Below, piece after piece: positions 26,953 through 40,161 of a stretch of 64,000 bases of DNA. Within the stretch, counting starts at the first letter, position 1; every line of letters starts with the position of its first letter. Both the position numbers and the translations under genes were made by a program. The DNA lies in the NCBI RefSeq assembly GCF_000143415.4, contig NW_003314264.1, positions 3,957,229 to 4,021,228 of the forward strand, in the 5' to 3' direction. The notes beneath the pieces were generated by a model. It saw nothing but the letters and a program-made list of their open reading frames with translations. It searched no databases and was not told where the DNA came from. The stretch is from Selaginella moellendorffii. Its lineage: Eukaryota > Plantae > Lycopodiophyta.

Positions 26953-29900
26953 TGTCACGAATGTGACTTCAGGTATCGAAAGATACTTGTCGGCCAGTCC
27001 TTACGGACACTCTTTCTTTACTGCCATGACGGCAGGAGGTCGGTACTGCTGGTCCCTTTTATGGTCTCCACTCAAGCTAGTTGAGAAACTAGTCATCGCA
27101 TGTGCACTTGACCAGATGAGCATAAGGATGGAATTCTTACATGCTATTTGTCAAGCATACTTGACCTGGTTAGAGAAACTCATTTGTTGACTTGCACTTG
27201 CTAGTGTTGGGAACCCCCGCGATATTGAGACTAGTCCCTCAATATTCGCTAGATGATAGCTTACCGTGTCTGCCAAACACCCTCGCTATCATACCCTTTG
27301 TGTTAGTCTCATTTCGGTCCCAAATGCTAATTATGAAAAGTGTCTAGATTAGCTCATTTGGCATATCTACGGAATGTAGATATCGGCCTGAACACAATGG
27401 TGTTCGTCCCGTGTCCAAATTCGCAATCTAAGGACATTCCATATTTAGTAAGTTTCGGACTTGTCCCAGAGACTAACTCCTGGTACTAAGGGAGGCTTGG
27501 GGTGAAAGCCCAAAGCGTGTGTCCCTCAAGGGGGGGGGGGGCTGTGGGGGGTTCCAAATGTATAATAGGGATAGTGGTTGGAATGCATGTCCGACCACCT
27601 GAGACATTAGTTTGGCTCCCGCTGGGCTGTATCGCTCCTTGTTCTGCGTCCGGCTTGGGTCTAAGCCCAAGCTCCACGCTGCTCTAGTCGGTGGAGTACC
27701 CTCCTCCTTGCGTTAGGCCACCGGTATGCCAAAATTGTGCCAGACTCCGTCTGACACCATTTTGCGTGTAGGTGCTGGATACGGGGAGCTGGTGCTCGTG
27801 GGATTGCACTGGACCCTCGTTTCGTAGCGCAACGGGCTTGGAGTTCGGCTCCAAATTCAGGTGCGCTACATTTGGTATCAGAGAGATTGTCTCAGCGATT
27901 CCTATCCAACTTTTGTCGGATTTTCTGACTCAAGTTGCATACACAGAGACTTTTCTTGTAGATCCGAAGCGACCTGTGTAGGATTAGCTGGATTGCACCA
28001 TTCGGTAAGAACGTTGTATGCATGTTCAGTTACTGATAGAGGCATGCATGCAGCTAGCGGGATGGTGAAACGGAACCGTGCTGATGACGCTGAAACCTCC
28101 AGACGGGCGAATCGAGAGGAGGAAACTCCTGCTAGAGATGCTGCGGAAGAGGCAGAGGCTGAGTCGGAAGAGGAAGAGCCAAATGCTGCGGCGTTGCAGC
28201 GTACGGCTCAGGAAGTCGAGATTGAGAATTTGCGAAAGGAGATTCGCAAATTAAAGAAGGAGAACAAGAAGAGGAAGAAAGAAGCTGAGGCAGCTAAACC
28301 AGCAAAGCCTAAGCAACCGGACTCCTCTTCAAGTTCTGAGGACGATGAAGTTCTGCAGCCACCCCCGGTTGCACGAGTTTCAAAGTTCAAGCCCCCAAAA
28401 CCACCCAACTTCAGAGGCATGCGGGACTATCAGGTTTTGGAAGACTGGGTCTACGATATGGAGAACTACTTCATAGCGGCAGACGTAGATGATCGTACGA
28501 AAGTTGCGTGCGCGCAATCCTTTCTCACCGATCATGCCAAAACTTAGTGGCGCCAAGTGTGTGCTGAAAAAGGGCAGACTAGAAGTTGGACCAAGATGCG
28601 ATCTCGTATCCGTAAGGAATACTTGCCGGATGATCTTGGTCTGAGACTTCGTGCGGAGCTACGGCGGTTAAAGCAGCGAGGGGATCTCATGCATTACGTT
28701 AATGCGTTTGCTCAGAAGCGCATTATGATTGCAAATATGAGTGACGAAGATGCTCGGAGTTATTTTCTGGAGGGTTTAAGTTCACTTTCTCGCAATGAGA
28801 TTTTGAAGTTTAAGCCGAAGTGTAAGGAGGCAGCGCAGCAAGTTGCCTTTAGTCACTCGCTCATGGAACAATATCAACAACCGTATGCTGGTAACTCGGA
28901 CAAGAATAGGAATTCTGGGAATAAACAAGGTGATCGGAAACAGAGGGTGCAAAGTAGGTTCCGCCTTGGAGGCTCACAAGCAACGGTTAACAAAGGTGGT
29001 GGTGGTTGGAGACCACCAGCAGCTTCTTCTGGTCCTAGGCCCTCTGTTCCTCCTCCTGGTGGGTACAAGCAGCAGCAACCTGCAAAACCTACTCCTAGCG
29101 GAACGGGTAGTGTGGGTCATTGCTTCCATTGTGGAGAGTCAGGACATAGGTCCTCGGATTGTCCCAACAAACATAAGACAAGGTCTCGAGTTAATGTCAT
29201 GAGGGAAGACGGTGGTGATGAAGCTGAAGGGGTTGACGAGTTGGTCAATACAGACTATGAGGAAGAAGAGGTGAGTAACTTTCGTTGCTTTCCTCAAGCT
29301 TTTCTTGCAGTCAATGCAAACACTGATCCGTTGATGTATCTGGTAGGCTTTGTCCGTGGACACCGAATCCGAGTGATGATTGACACGGGAGCTACACACA
29401 GCGTGATATCCGAAGACTTAATTAAGTTGTTAGGATTGAATGCTGAGCAAATGTCGCCTATGCACTTCCGGTTTGCGGAAGGTGGGCAAGTAGCCAGAAA
29501 GTTTGTGAGTGATGTTCCAATAAAGATATCCAAGTGGAAAGAAAGAGTGGACTTGGTAGTGTTGAAGATACCAGATTTTCAGATGGTGTTTGGTATGGAT
29601 TTCTTCAACAAGTATATAAAAGGGATTTATGGTGCTGGACAAAGTCGTATCACGTTGAAGTCCAAAGGACGACCCGATGTGTCCTTCCAGTTGCAAAAGC
29701 GTTCCTCAAAGGATTGGGATGGAAAGTTCCTGACTGCGAGGGCCGCTCAAAAAGCAGCTAAGAGGGGATGTCGGACCTTTTGGGTTCAAGTGATGGAAGC
29801 GGAGAGTGTGGGTGACTCTGTTCGAATTGGCGATGGGGTTGATCTTGTACCAAAGAAGATATTGGAGTTGTTGGCGCAGAATCAGGATATCTTTCCGAAG

Positions 29901-32900
29901 GATTTGCCACCAGGGCTACCCCCTAGCCGTGAGGTTGATCATCGGATTGAGGTTATTCCGGGTTCTAAACCACCTACGAAAGCTCCGTATCGGTTGAACA
30001 TCAAGGAGATGGCTGAACTCAAGAAGCAACTCACGGAGCTTCTTGACAAAGGTCATATCCGACCCAGCAAGTCACCTTATGGAGCACCAATCCTTTTTGT
30101 TATGAAAAAGAATGGAACCATGAGGATGTGTATTGACTATCGGGCACTTAATAAGATCACGGTCAAGAACAGTTATCCTTTGCCTCGCATTGATGACTTG
30201 TTTGACCAACTCTTAAAGGCTAAGTATTTTACGTGACTTGATTTGCAGTCCGGGTATCATCAGATACGGGTGGCGGATCAGGATGTGGAGAAGACAGCCT
30301 TTAAGACTCGGTACGGATCTTATGAGTTCCTTGTCATGCCATTCGGGTTATGCAATGCTCCGGCAATGTTCAGCACTATGATGGATAGAATATTCGGAGA
30401 TTATTTGGACGCATTTGTTGTCCTATACATTGACGATGTTCTAGTCTTCAGCGAAACGTTGGAGGATCATTTGAAACACTTGGAGCTGGTGTTTCAGAAG
30501 TTGCGCGAACACAAACTGTATGCTAAGGAAAGTAAATGCGCTTTTGGTCAATTGCGTGTAAACTTTCTCGGACATATAGTTGGTGGTGGCGTGATTGAAG
30601 TCGATCCAAAGAAAGTGGAAGTGGTGAAGTCTTGGGAAATCCCGACCACTGTATCAGATGTTCGTTCCTTTCTCGGTTTGGCGGGATACTATCGCAAGTT
30701 TGTCCGCAATTTTGCAAGGATTGCTCTTCCGTTAACTGAGTTGACGAAGAGTAGTATTCTGTTTCATTGGACACTAGCTTGTTAGCGTGCTTTTGTACGG
30801 TTGAAGGAGATCTTGACTACGGTTCCTGTTCTCAGGATCCCAAATCTTGATAAACCCTTCGAAGTGCATTGTGATGCGTCTGGCTATGCTATTGGTGCCG
30901 TGTTGCAGCAAGATTGTGACAAAGCGGTTGGTGTTACGCTAAGGCGACATGGTTGTCCCGTTGCGTTCTATTCCAAGAAATTGGATGAAACCCAACGAAG
31001 ATGGCCAATGCATGAGAAAGAGATGTTTGCTATAGTGTCAGCCCTGGAACACTGGAGACACTACTTGGGTGGACACACCAAGGTTTATACAGATAGTAAC
31101 ACACTAAGCTACTTTGCTACGCAGCCTAAGCTTATGCCGAAGCAGGCTCGTTGGCAAGAGAAGCTTGCTAGATATGATATTGAAATCATATATAAACCTA
31201 GTAAAGACAATATTGTTCCGGATGCGTTGAGTCGTCAAGCTCAATTCCGGGCAATATCGACAATCAGTTCGGACTGGTTGGAAGACGTTCGGGCTTCATA
31301 TGGAAGTGATCCATTGGCGAAGGCAATCTTATGCCGTGCGGGGTTGTTGAAGCAGAGCCCTGGTAGCGAAGCAGCAAAAGTTGCTAGTCGCACTAATGCG
31401 AAACTTCACTTCTCAGTTCGGGATGGGCTTATATTCTATAAGCAAGAAAGATTGTATCTTCCCTCTAAGGATCTTTAGCAGTTATTTCTGCGGGAACATC
31501 ATGATGTTCCGGCAGCGAAAGACTCTAGCTTCATTGAAAAAGGGATTTTTCTGGTCTGGTATGGAAGGCGATGTAGTGGACTATATCCGTTCCTGCCCTA
31601 TATGCCAGCAATGTAAGCGCAAAGCTGAGAAGAAGGCTGGAAAGTTGCAGTGCATTCCAGCACCGGCATGGCCATTTCAAAGTGTGACACTTGATTTCGT
31701 CACTTGCTTGCCGAAGTCTAAGGGTTATGATACTTTGATGGTGGTTGTGGATCGGTTGTCAAAGATTGCACACTTCATTCCAACTGTGGGAACAGTGAAT
31801 GCGAAACAAGCAGCAAAGCTCTTTTTCCATGAAGTAGTGCGAGTTCGTGGTCTTCCTAAAGAGATGATCTCAGATAGAGATTCAAGGTTTACGGGGAAGT
31901 TTTGGGGCACACTGTTCCAATTGTTTGGTACCAAGTTGAAGTTTAGTACGGTTTATCATCCTCAAACTGATGGGCAGACCGAACGTGTGAATGCTCAAGT
32001 TGAGGATTATCTGCGGTACTATGTCGCGGCGGACCAACGCGACTGGGTTGAGCATTTGGATACAGCAGAAATATGTTATAACAACACATTTCACAGCGCT
32101 ATCGGCTGTTCTCCATGGGAGATGCTGCAAGGAAATGCTCGTGGGGTTCCTCAACAGATTGTTGTACCGAAACCAATGTCCGAGGTGTTGGTCCCAGCCG
32201 TTGAGACTTATGCGGAGCAGCTACGCCAAGGTTGGTCTAGAGCTACTGAGGCGATGGGCAAAGCTCAAGATAGGTATCGACGTGATAAGGATCAACATCG
32301 TCGGGATGTATCCTATCAAGTGGGAGATCAGGTGTGGCTATCTTCCCGAAACTTGAACATTAAGGGTTCTCTATCTCGGAAGCTCTTGCCGAGATATGTT
32401 GGACCCTATCGGGTGCTAAAACGCATTGGTGATGTATCCTATCGGTTGGATCTGCCTGTGGAGATGTCCAATGTTCATAATGTATTTCATGCCAATCTAT
32501 TGGCTTCTTACACTATGGATGATGCACGTCAAGGGGAGATTCGTCCGCCACCAGATGTTGTGGATGGTGAACCTGAATATGAAGTTGAAAGCATTCTGGC
32601 TTGTCGCCGGAAACGTGGTGGTCGTGCAAAGGAATATCTAGTTAAGTGGAAAGGTTATCCAACTTGTGAATCAACTTGGGAACCTCTTAGTAATCTTGCA
32701 CATGCCCGTGAGCTTGTCACGGAGTATGAGAATAGTAATAAAGACTAGTTTTTGTCAAAACCTTGTAATAAATCTTACAAATCAATAAAGTAATCTATTT
32801 TTATAAATCAAAGTGTCGTTTCTCTCATTCATTAGTACTTGGGTCAGTTTTGGCAGGCTGACTTCGGCACTTCGGTGCATGGGTCCAATCCATAACCATG

Positions 32901-34259
32901 GGGATAACTATTATAGACTGATCACAAGTCCCCGCCTCTCTCTCGATGACTCATTTCAAAAAGGGGCGTGGTCGTGTAAACAACTTAATCTGCCAGTTTA
33001 TAGTAGTTATCTAAATCTTCCCGACAGGGTCGATTTCTTGCTCAGGGGACGTTGGGCCTCTGGCCTTCTCCCTATGTCCCTGCGGGCAGGGATGTATCAT
33101 TCCTTTGTAAGCCGAGTGGTACTCGGAGCAGCAAAGGTGGCTAACTTTGTTAGTCATTTCCTTGTCGGTGACGGCCGGAGGGTGTCTGAGTCTTAACGTC
33201 TTTGGACGTAGAGGAGAGGTCGTTCCATAACTCATTTAAGTCGGTGTGTTTCCCACATAGTGTGCTTTCCGTTAACTTTCGGAGTTGTTTCCTTGACGGT
33301 TTGCTAGACTCGGGTATACATCGACGAGGACGTCGATCTTCCCCAAGGGGGGGAGAGTGTCGCGAATGTGACTTCAGGTATCGAAAGATACTTGTCGGCC
33401 AGTCCTTACGGACACTCTTTCCTTATTGCCATGACGGCAGGAGGTCGGTACTGCTGGTCCCTTTTATGGTCTCCACTCAAGCTAGTTGAGAAACTAGTCA
33501 TCGCATGTGCACTTGACCAAATGAGCATAAGGACGGAATTCCTACATGCTATTTGTCAAGCATACTTGACCTGGTTAGAGAAACTCATTTGTTGACTTGC
33601 ACTTACTAGTGTTGGGAACCCCCGCGATATTGAGACTAGTCCCTCAATATTCGCTAGATGATAGCTTACCGTGTCTGCCAAACACCCTCGCTATCATACC
33701 CTTTGTGTTGGTCTCATTTCGGTCCCAAATGCTAATTATGGAAAGTGTCTAGATTAGCTCATTTGGCATATCTACGGAATGTAGATATCGGCCTGAACAC
33801 AATGGTGTTCGTCCCGTGTCCAAATTCGCAATCTAAGGACATTCCATATTTAGTAAGTTTCGGACTTGTCCCAGAGACTAACTCCTGGTACTAAGGGAGG
33901 CTTGGGGTGAAAGCCCAAAGCGTGTGTCCCTCAAGGGGGGCTGTGGGGGGTTCCAAATGTATAGTAGGGATAGTGGTTGGAATGCATGTCCGACCACCTG
34001 AGACATTAGTTTGGCTCCCGCTGAGCTGTGTCGCTCCTTGTTCTGCGTCCGGCTTGGGTCTAAGCCCAAGCTCCACGCTGCTCTAGTCGGTGGAGTACCC
34101 TCCTCCTTGCGTTAGGCCACTGGTATGCCAAAATTGTGCCAAACTCCGTCTGACACCATTTTGTAGGTGCTGGATACGGGGAGCTCGTGGGATTGCACTG
34201 GACCCTCGTTTCATAGCGCAACGGGTTTGGAGTTCGGCTCCAAATTCAGGTGCGCTACA
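26953..34259 (+). mobile_element. Full-length Ty3/gypsy chromovirus LTR retrotransposon (family A), disabled
   Basis: 5' LTR 26953-27870 and 3' LTR 33358-34259 (TG...CA); TSD GCTGT at 26948-26952 and 34260-34264; tRNA-iMet PBS TGGTATCAGAG at 27873; PPT aagggggggagag; gag ([14 protein letters not shown]), protease (DTGA), RT (YIDD), RNase H, integrase, chromodomain (YEVESIL...YLVKWKGY...STWEP). Confidence 0.97.
28061..32748 (+). pseudogene. gag-pol-chromodomain polyprotein of family A, interrupted
   Basis: In-frame stops ending at 28547, 30236, 30785 and 31478, plus a frameshifting deletion near 31515 in the integrase HHCC region. Confidence 0.9.
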
Positions 34260-34908
34260 GCTGTGTACAAGTGGGATTATAAATTTTATTATCATCCACT
34301 TATAAAGCACAAAATAAAGGATTTAGTGTTGGTTTGTTTTCCCAAAAATCTTATAATATATGGTTTATTTAAGGGGCTTCTTACTCAGTGGAAGGGATTT
34401 TTTCAACAAGTTGGACTATAAATTTATAAGATTTGGCCCAATATCCAATAAATCAATCCCCCAAAAATTATATATGTATAATTGCTAAAGTGTCATATAA
34501 AAGGATCATGAATAAGTGGCACTGTTTGTAGATCCACTAGTGCCTCCTCCTAATGTTCCTCTAGATCCAAGCCCATTAATTAGAGAACCCTAAATGCCAA
34601 AAGAAGAGATGATTGGTGAGGTTTAGATATAAATAATGCTGTATACTATTATTAGAGTAGTAGGATTTTAATTTTTCACTCATGTATATAAATTAGGGTT
34701 TTTGATATACACATTTCTAATTACACCTCTAATAATTCTTAATTTATATTATATTTAGTAGTATATTGTGTATGCATGACTAGCTTTGACAAGTGGTAAA
34801 TTTCTCCAACTTATGGCAAAAGTTATTAAAGTAATACTTTGAGAATAAAGTCAAAAGTGCTATATTGAGTAAATTCTAAATTAGCCTTATATATAAAATC
34901 ATAAGTTT

Positions 34909-35463
34909 TTGGTTTGCTTAAGTAAACCTATAGACGAACTGTTATGGTAATGGATATACCTAAAATATACTTGAATATTCTAGGATATTCTACCATCTAA
35001 CAGTTGTTATTCATTTAGATTAATCTTGTATTTATAATTTATTAACATGTTTATAATTTATAAACTTTCTTAAACCCTTTCTAGTATATATTTGTTTTAA
35101 TTCTATCATCTATAAGAAGAATAACACTACTTTTAAGCAAACCAAGTGTTAACTTATTTGCTAATATTTTTATAAGTTTTAAAACTTCTAAATTCAAATC
35201 AGTTTAGAAATTGTTTGGTTCTCTTAAGTGGTGGTATGTGATATACCTAGAATATTCTTGGATATTCTAAAATATTCTGTATATTGTAAAGTTAATAATT
35301 TATAAACTTCCAATAAATTCTTTTTAGTATATTTTAGTTTATTCTACCATTTAATGGTTGATATGCAATAAGATCAATTTTGTGTTTATAAATTATAAGC
35401 ATATCTTATAATTATAAAATTCTTATTGATCAACAAAAATAACAATACTAATAAGAAAACCAA
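34909..35463. mobile_element. Two adjacent MITE copies (34909-35145 and 35215-35463)
   Basis: Terminal inverted repeats TTGGTTTGCTTAA ... TTAAGCAAACCAA (second copy TTGGTTCTCTTAA ... TAAGAAAACCAA), with shared AT-rich internal sequence. Confidence 0.7.
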
Positions 35464-38239
35464 GTGTTGTTGCACCAGTAAACTTTTTATAATTGAGAGA
35501 TAATAAAATATTTGTAAGATAATTAACACCACCAGATTTTGAATTTAATATATTAATTGATAAGGAGATTCAAAAAATTTCATAAAAGAAAAAGTAGTTT
35601 AATTTAATATGTAATAATTTTTTGTTAAAGTATATCTCTTAAATATTAATTGTTTTTTCTAAAATATAGTTTTGATTTTAATGTTAACTTTTTGGTTTGC
35701 CATTTAGTGTTTTAAGCATATAACTTTTATGCTGTTTGGATGGCTGAGATTCTGTTGTGATTTTTTTTATTAAATATGGTTTAAAAATATTAATCACATT
35801 GTTGGAGTTTTAGCATCTCATGCGAAGGCTGGCAATCGTGATCTAGTATCAGTAATTAAACTTTGTGGGAGCCTATATGATTTCCTATTTTAATCTAGTT
35901 AGTGAGGTCATGCATCCCCAGGAATCTTCAAGTAGGGAAAGTAGGGAGCTGTTGGTGAACCCAGAGTCCTAGAATTTTTCGAAGAGCTCCATGATGAGCC
36001 AAGTAGCACAGCAAGTGGAGGACTTCGCAGCTGGAGACGATAGTGACTCTGGGCGAGCTCGTCCAAAGGTTGACAGACTAAGATCTTCCACAAGACTTGG
36101 AGCTTAAACTCCTTGCTGGAACTTATGAATGATGCTAGGAGGGTGAGGAATTCTTTTATTTTGATTGAGGTCAACACAATCTAGGTGAGTTATAAGTCCT
36201 TTTGGCCATCCCAGACTTAAACTCACTAAACTTAAGACTAGGAATAAGTTGGTCTCCTTTGTTTTTTGGTTTTATGATTTTCTCTCTTTCCTTTCTTCCT
36301 CAGATACTGCTCAAACTCCACAAGGCCAGTGTATGTTTGAGAATTGAAGAGATTCCAGGTTTCCAATTGAGAACCGACTCCATTGCCAAACAGAGGAAGC
36401 TGGACCGCTATGCCTTGGAGAGATGCCAGAGTCACGGTTTTGGCAGTGGCTGTCACTGAACACACTGTTCCTGCCACAGAGCTAGCTGCAAAAGAGTCCG
36501 AGCTCGCCAATTAAGAGCTCAAGATTGAACAAGCGGCTGCGGGGCGTGAAGGAAAAACGTTAAGTTCTCTCATCTCTTGAGGTTGATGCTAAAGCTTGCT
36601 CTCGTTTCTTCCAGTAATGAACAGTCATCAACTCACATGATTCAAGAGGCAAGTGGGCTCGTTTTTACTTCCTTTTTACGAAGCTTTCTTTGTTCCAACA
36701 GCTCTGCCACAAGATGCAGTAAAGCAAACACCAAGAGGAGCCGGAAGTGGTAGCATACACGAAAATGACGATGGTGTATGGTCAGGGTGGTTGAGTGCCC
36801 AATGTTATTCTGATTATTATTATTATTGGACAAAGCATAAATATATTCAAACTACGCTAATGCGATCAATAATTTGAAACACATGGATTCATTTATTTAG
36901 ATTGATTCAGTTTTTATACCTATGACAAAAAAGTAGCTCTGCTTGGAACGTGACCATTTTTTCCTTGTTGTATATTGCTTTTTTATTACTCTTCTTGAAG
37001 CCTGGTGCCTTGTTTCCAAGAAAAAACGAAGAGTTCGCTTCTTTCTTTTTCACACTAACGCTAAGTTCAGTGTTCTTCCAGCGTAATGGTCCATAATTGC
37101 AGCTAGTCCCGTACAGTCACGCATCCCGGCCGTCTTGTTGCTGTGTTTAGGAAATGTTTCTATTACCAAGAGCCAGAAGAAGTCAAGTGTTTGCATCTGA
37201 TTTGAGCTGCCGTTCTTCTAAGCGTGTTTCTTCCATATATATCTTGCCGCCTCATCCACACAGAAGTTTGAGTGTGAACTTACACCGCTCTCGCTTTTCT
37301 CTTATTTTCTCTCCAATTCTTTGGTTTTAAGCTCTTTTTTTTCCTTGTGCCGAAGGACAAGGCATGGCACAGGCTTGTCAAGGTTTGAGCATGACACAAT
37401 GGACTGGACTATGGAAACTAGTAAGCAGCAGTAAGTCCTTGATCATGCTTGACAAGGTGTGCCGCGAGATGTGCTAAAGTCAGCTGGTCTCCCTGTCACA
37501 AACAAGTGGCTTGCACATGAATATCTAAGCTCTCGGATCAGAACAAGCAATCTGGAAGTCGGATGGACGCAAGAATTTGGGATCTGTTAGTCTATCTTCC
37601 TCGATTCCACCTGGATGGAATAGAAGTCTGGCCTGCAAAGATACATATATAAAACATGAATGGGACCGACAAGCCTTTACGAAGTCAGCCTGAAAAGTCT
37701 AGTTTTTTTGCTCGCGGTGAACAAATCTAAGATTTACCCAACCTACCATTCTCAAAGTAGTCAAAGGAGCGCTTTTCTATCCTTGTCAACCATTATCTTG
37801 CATGCAAATATACTGTTTTCTTGACACTTTCAAGGAACTGTTTTCTTTTTATTTCGTAGTTTTGCTAGTAGAATGCCTTACGTTGTCTAATTCACCAGTC
37901 GTGATCATCGATATCGAACAAAACATAAGAACAGAAGTAGATGCGTGTAGTAGAAAAAGTCCTGCTCTGATTAACAATGTAAAACGCGTGTTTGCCGTCT
38001 AGAAGGAATTCACGAGTTGTGATAATCGATATCTAACAAAGCATAAAAACAGAACCAACCAGAAGTATAAAAGTGGTGACAAGTGATTATTTGATGTAAG
38101 ACGTGCGTTTGGCAAAAATCCAAGCCGTGCCCATCAAACAAACAAAGCCGACCTCACTCAGGAACAGAAGTATTAATTGAGAGACGACGTAGAAAACTTC
38201 AGTCGTATTGTTTATTACTTTTGACACAGTGCCTTGCTT

Positions 38240-39505
38240 TCACTTGTGGAACTCCACTACTGATATGAAGTCTACAGTCACGGGAACTTTGACGCTCGAG
38301 AAGCCCGACGCCTTGGCGAGCTTCTCAAAATCCTCAAACGTCCTCTCCTTGCCACCCGGATTATAGACGAGCATCAAGAGATCGATGCTGAGAGCCACTC
38401 GAGCTCCAGCGCCCGTGTCCAGCACCGAGGGCAGAACGGAATCCACCACAATAACTTTTCCGTGCTCGGGGATGGACTTGTAGCAGTTCTTGAGCAGCGT
38501 GATGCAAGCCTCATCGCTCCAGTCGTGCAGGATCCACTGAGTCAACGCACGGTCAGCTCCAGTCCACGATAGTCAACGAGAGGGGGCGCTTGCTTACCTT
38601 CATGAAGATGGCGTCTCCTTGCGGGACGCTCACAAACATGTCCCCGCCAACGTGCTCCACACCTGGATATTCCCACATGGAAGTGAGAAATTCAATCGCT
38701 TCCGTGCTAGCTAGATTTGTTACCTGGAATTTGAGGAGCCTTGGCAACGACGTGAGGAAGATCGAAGTTGATCCCTTTGATCTCGGGATACTTCTTGAGA
38801 ATCACCGTCAGAGAAGTCCCGACTCCACCACCAACGTCGACTAGTGTCCCAATTCCCTTGAATCCGTGGTAGGCCTCCAGGATGGCGTTCATGTAGAGCT
38901 TAGAGTGATTGGACATGGCGGCGTGGAAGAGATTGTTGACCCTGGAATTCTCCTTTCCCAGCTCAAACTCGGTCTGCCCAAACGCCTTGGTGAAGGGCTC
39001 GCCGCCGTCAAGAACAGCTTCGTGGAGATACTGCCAGGTCTCCATGAACACCTAAATTCCCCCCAAAAAAAAACAGAGTGATACTCCGGATCAAAATGCG
39101 GATGGAAAGAAGAGAAATTCGAGGAGTTCCCACCTTGTCTTGATTCATGAGGACATGATGCGCCAGAGAGACCCCTCTCTCGTCCTTGATGAGATGCTTA
39201 CACATGGAAGTAAGCCCATACTTGCGCACGCCCCCTTCGTCCACCTCCTTGAAGATCTTGCGGCTGGCCAAGACTCGCATGATCCGGTCGAGGTAGATCG
39301 GCGACATGGGGCTGGAGCACTCGGGGATCTGTGACACGATCTCGGCGGCGGACAGAAGCCCGCCAGGCCCCGCCTTTTCGATCCGCTCCGCCACATCCAT
39401 CTCCACCGCTACTTTGAGCGCCATGGGCACCGAACACATGGTCGCGAGCTCCATTATCTGGAGGCGATCTTCATCCTCCACGATCACTCCCCCGGCAGAC
39501 CCCAT
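38240..39505 (-). CDS. COMT: Caffeic acid/caffeyl-alcohol O-methyltransferase (SmCOMT-like), 4 exons
   Basis: Dimerisation domain [19 protein letters not shown]|VFMETW, SAM motifs [28 protein letters not shown], catalytic MK|WILHDW, GGKERT. Confidence 0.95.
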
Positions 39506-40161
39506 ATCCTCGAATTCTTCGACCGATCGATAAAGATCTTTGCCAGAAGAGAGAGAGAGTAAGAGTGGAGAGAGAGCGAGAGAGCGAGATAGAGAGAGAG
39601 GGGGGATAGGGAAGATGATATAGGTATAGAGCAGTGCTTACGCGCTGTAGATTTCTAATTTAACCACCATGCCTACTCTTCCAAGAGCTTTATCTCTCAA
39701 GGACTCATAGCAAAAGAAGAACAGCGAAGTCTCGGATCCAGCAGGCAGCAACAATCAGCTCTAATGTTTTTGGGGCCCTTTTTTCTTCTTCTCTTGTGGC
39801 ACCCATGTCCAAAAGAAGTATCAACTTCAGAAGTTGGGAGGGACCCTTTGCTTGCGTTTTACTCGTTCAAACCGTGTTATGAAATTGTTACACGAGAAAG
39901 GGTAAAAAGTTGGCGGATTACTTACATGTGGCCATTTCCTATGCAACGTAAGCGTGATGTCGCAAGAAGCCACACGGACTCTGTAGTTGCCAAAGGGCGT
40001 CTGCTTTTAAATCTCCGCTTTCTCGTAGCTGATTCTCAGAGCTTCCCCAAAGCTCGCACTCTCTCCCCTCACTCTTTGTATCTCGACGGAGAGTCTTTCC
40101 CTGCGATCGACCAATTGAATCGACGCTGCTCACTCAAGTGGTATCACTCACTCAGTCAGTC
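39506..40161. promoter_or_regulatory. Shared bidirectional promoter of COMT and F5H; (GA)n microsatellite at ~39547-39600
   Basis: 656 bp between divergent ATGs; this matches the arrangement I recall being published for Selaginella SmCOMT/SmF5H. Confidence 0.8.

Noticed and set aside
26963-27190. Duplicated 75-aa ORF (also 33368-33595)
   Set aside because: Lies in the two LTRs; duplication is explained by LTR identity and it uses a non-ATG start.
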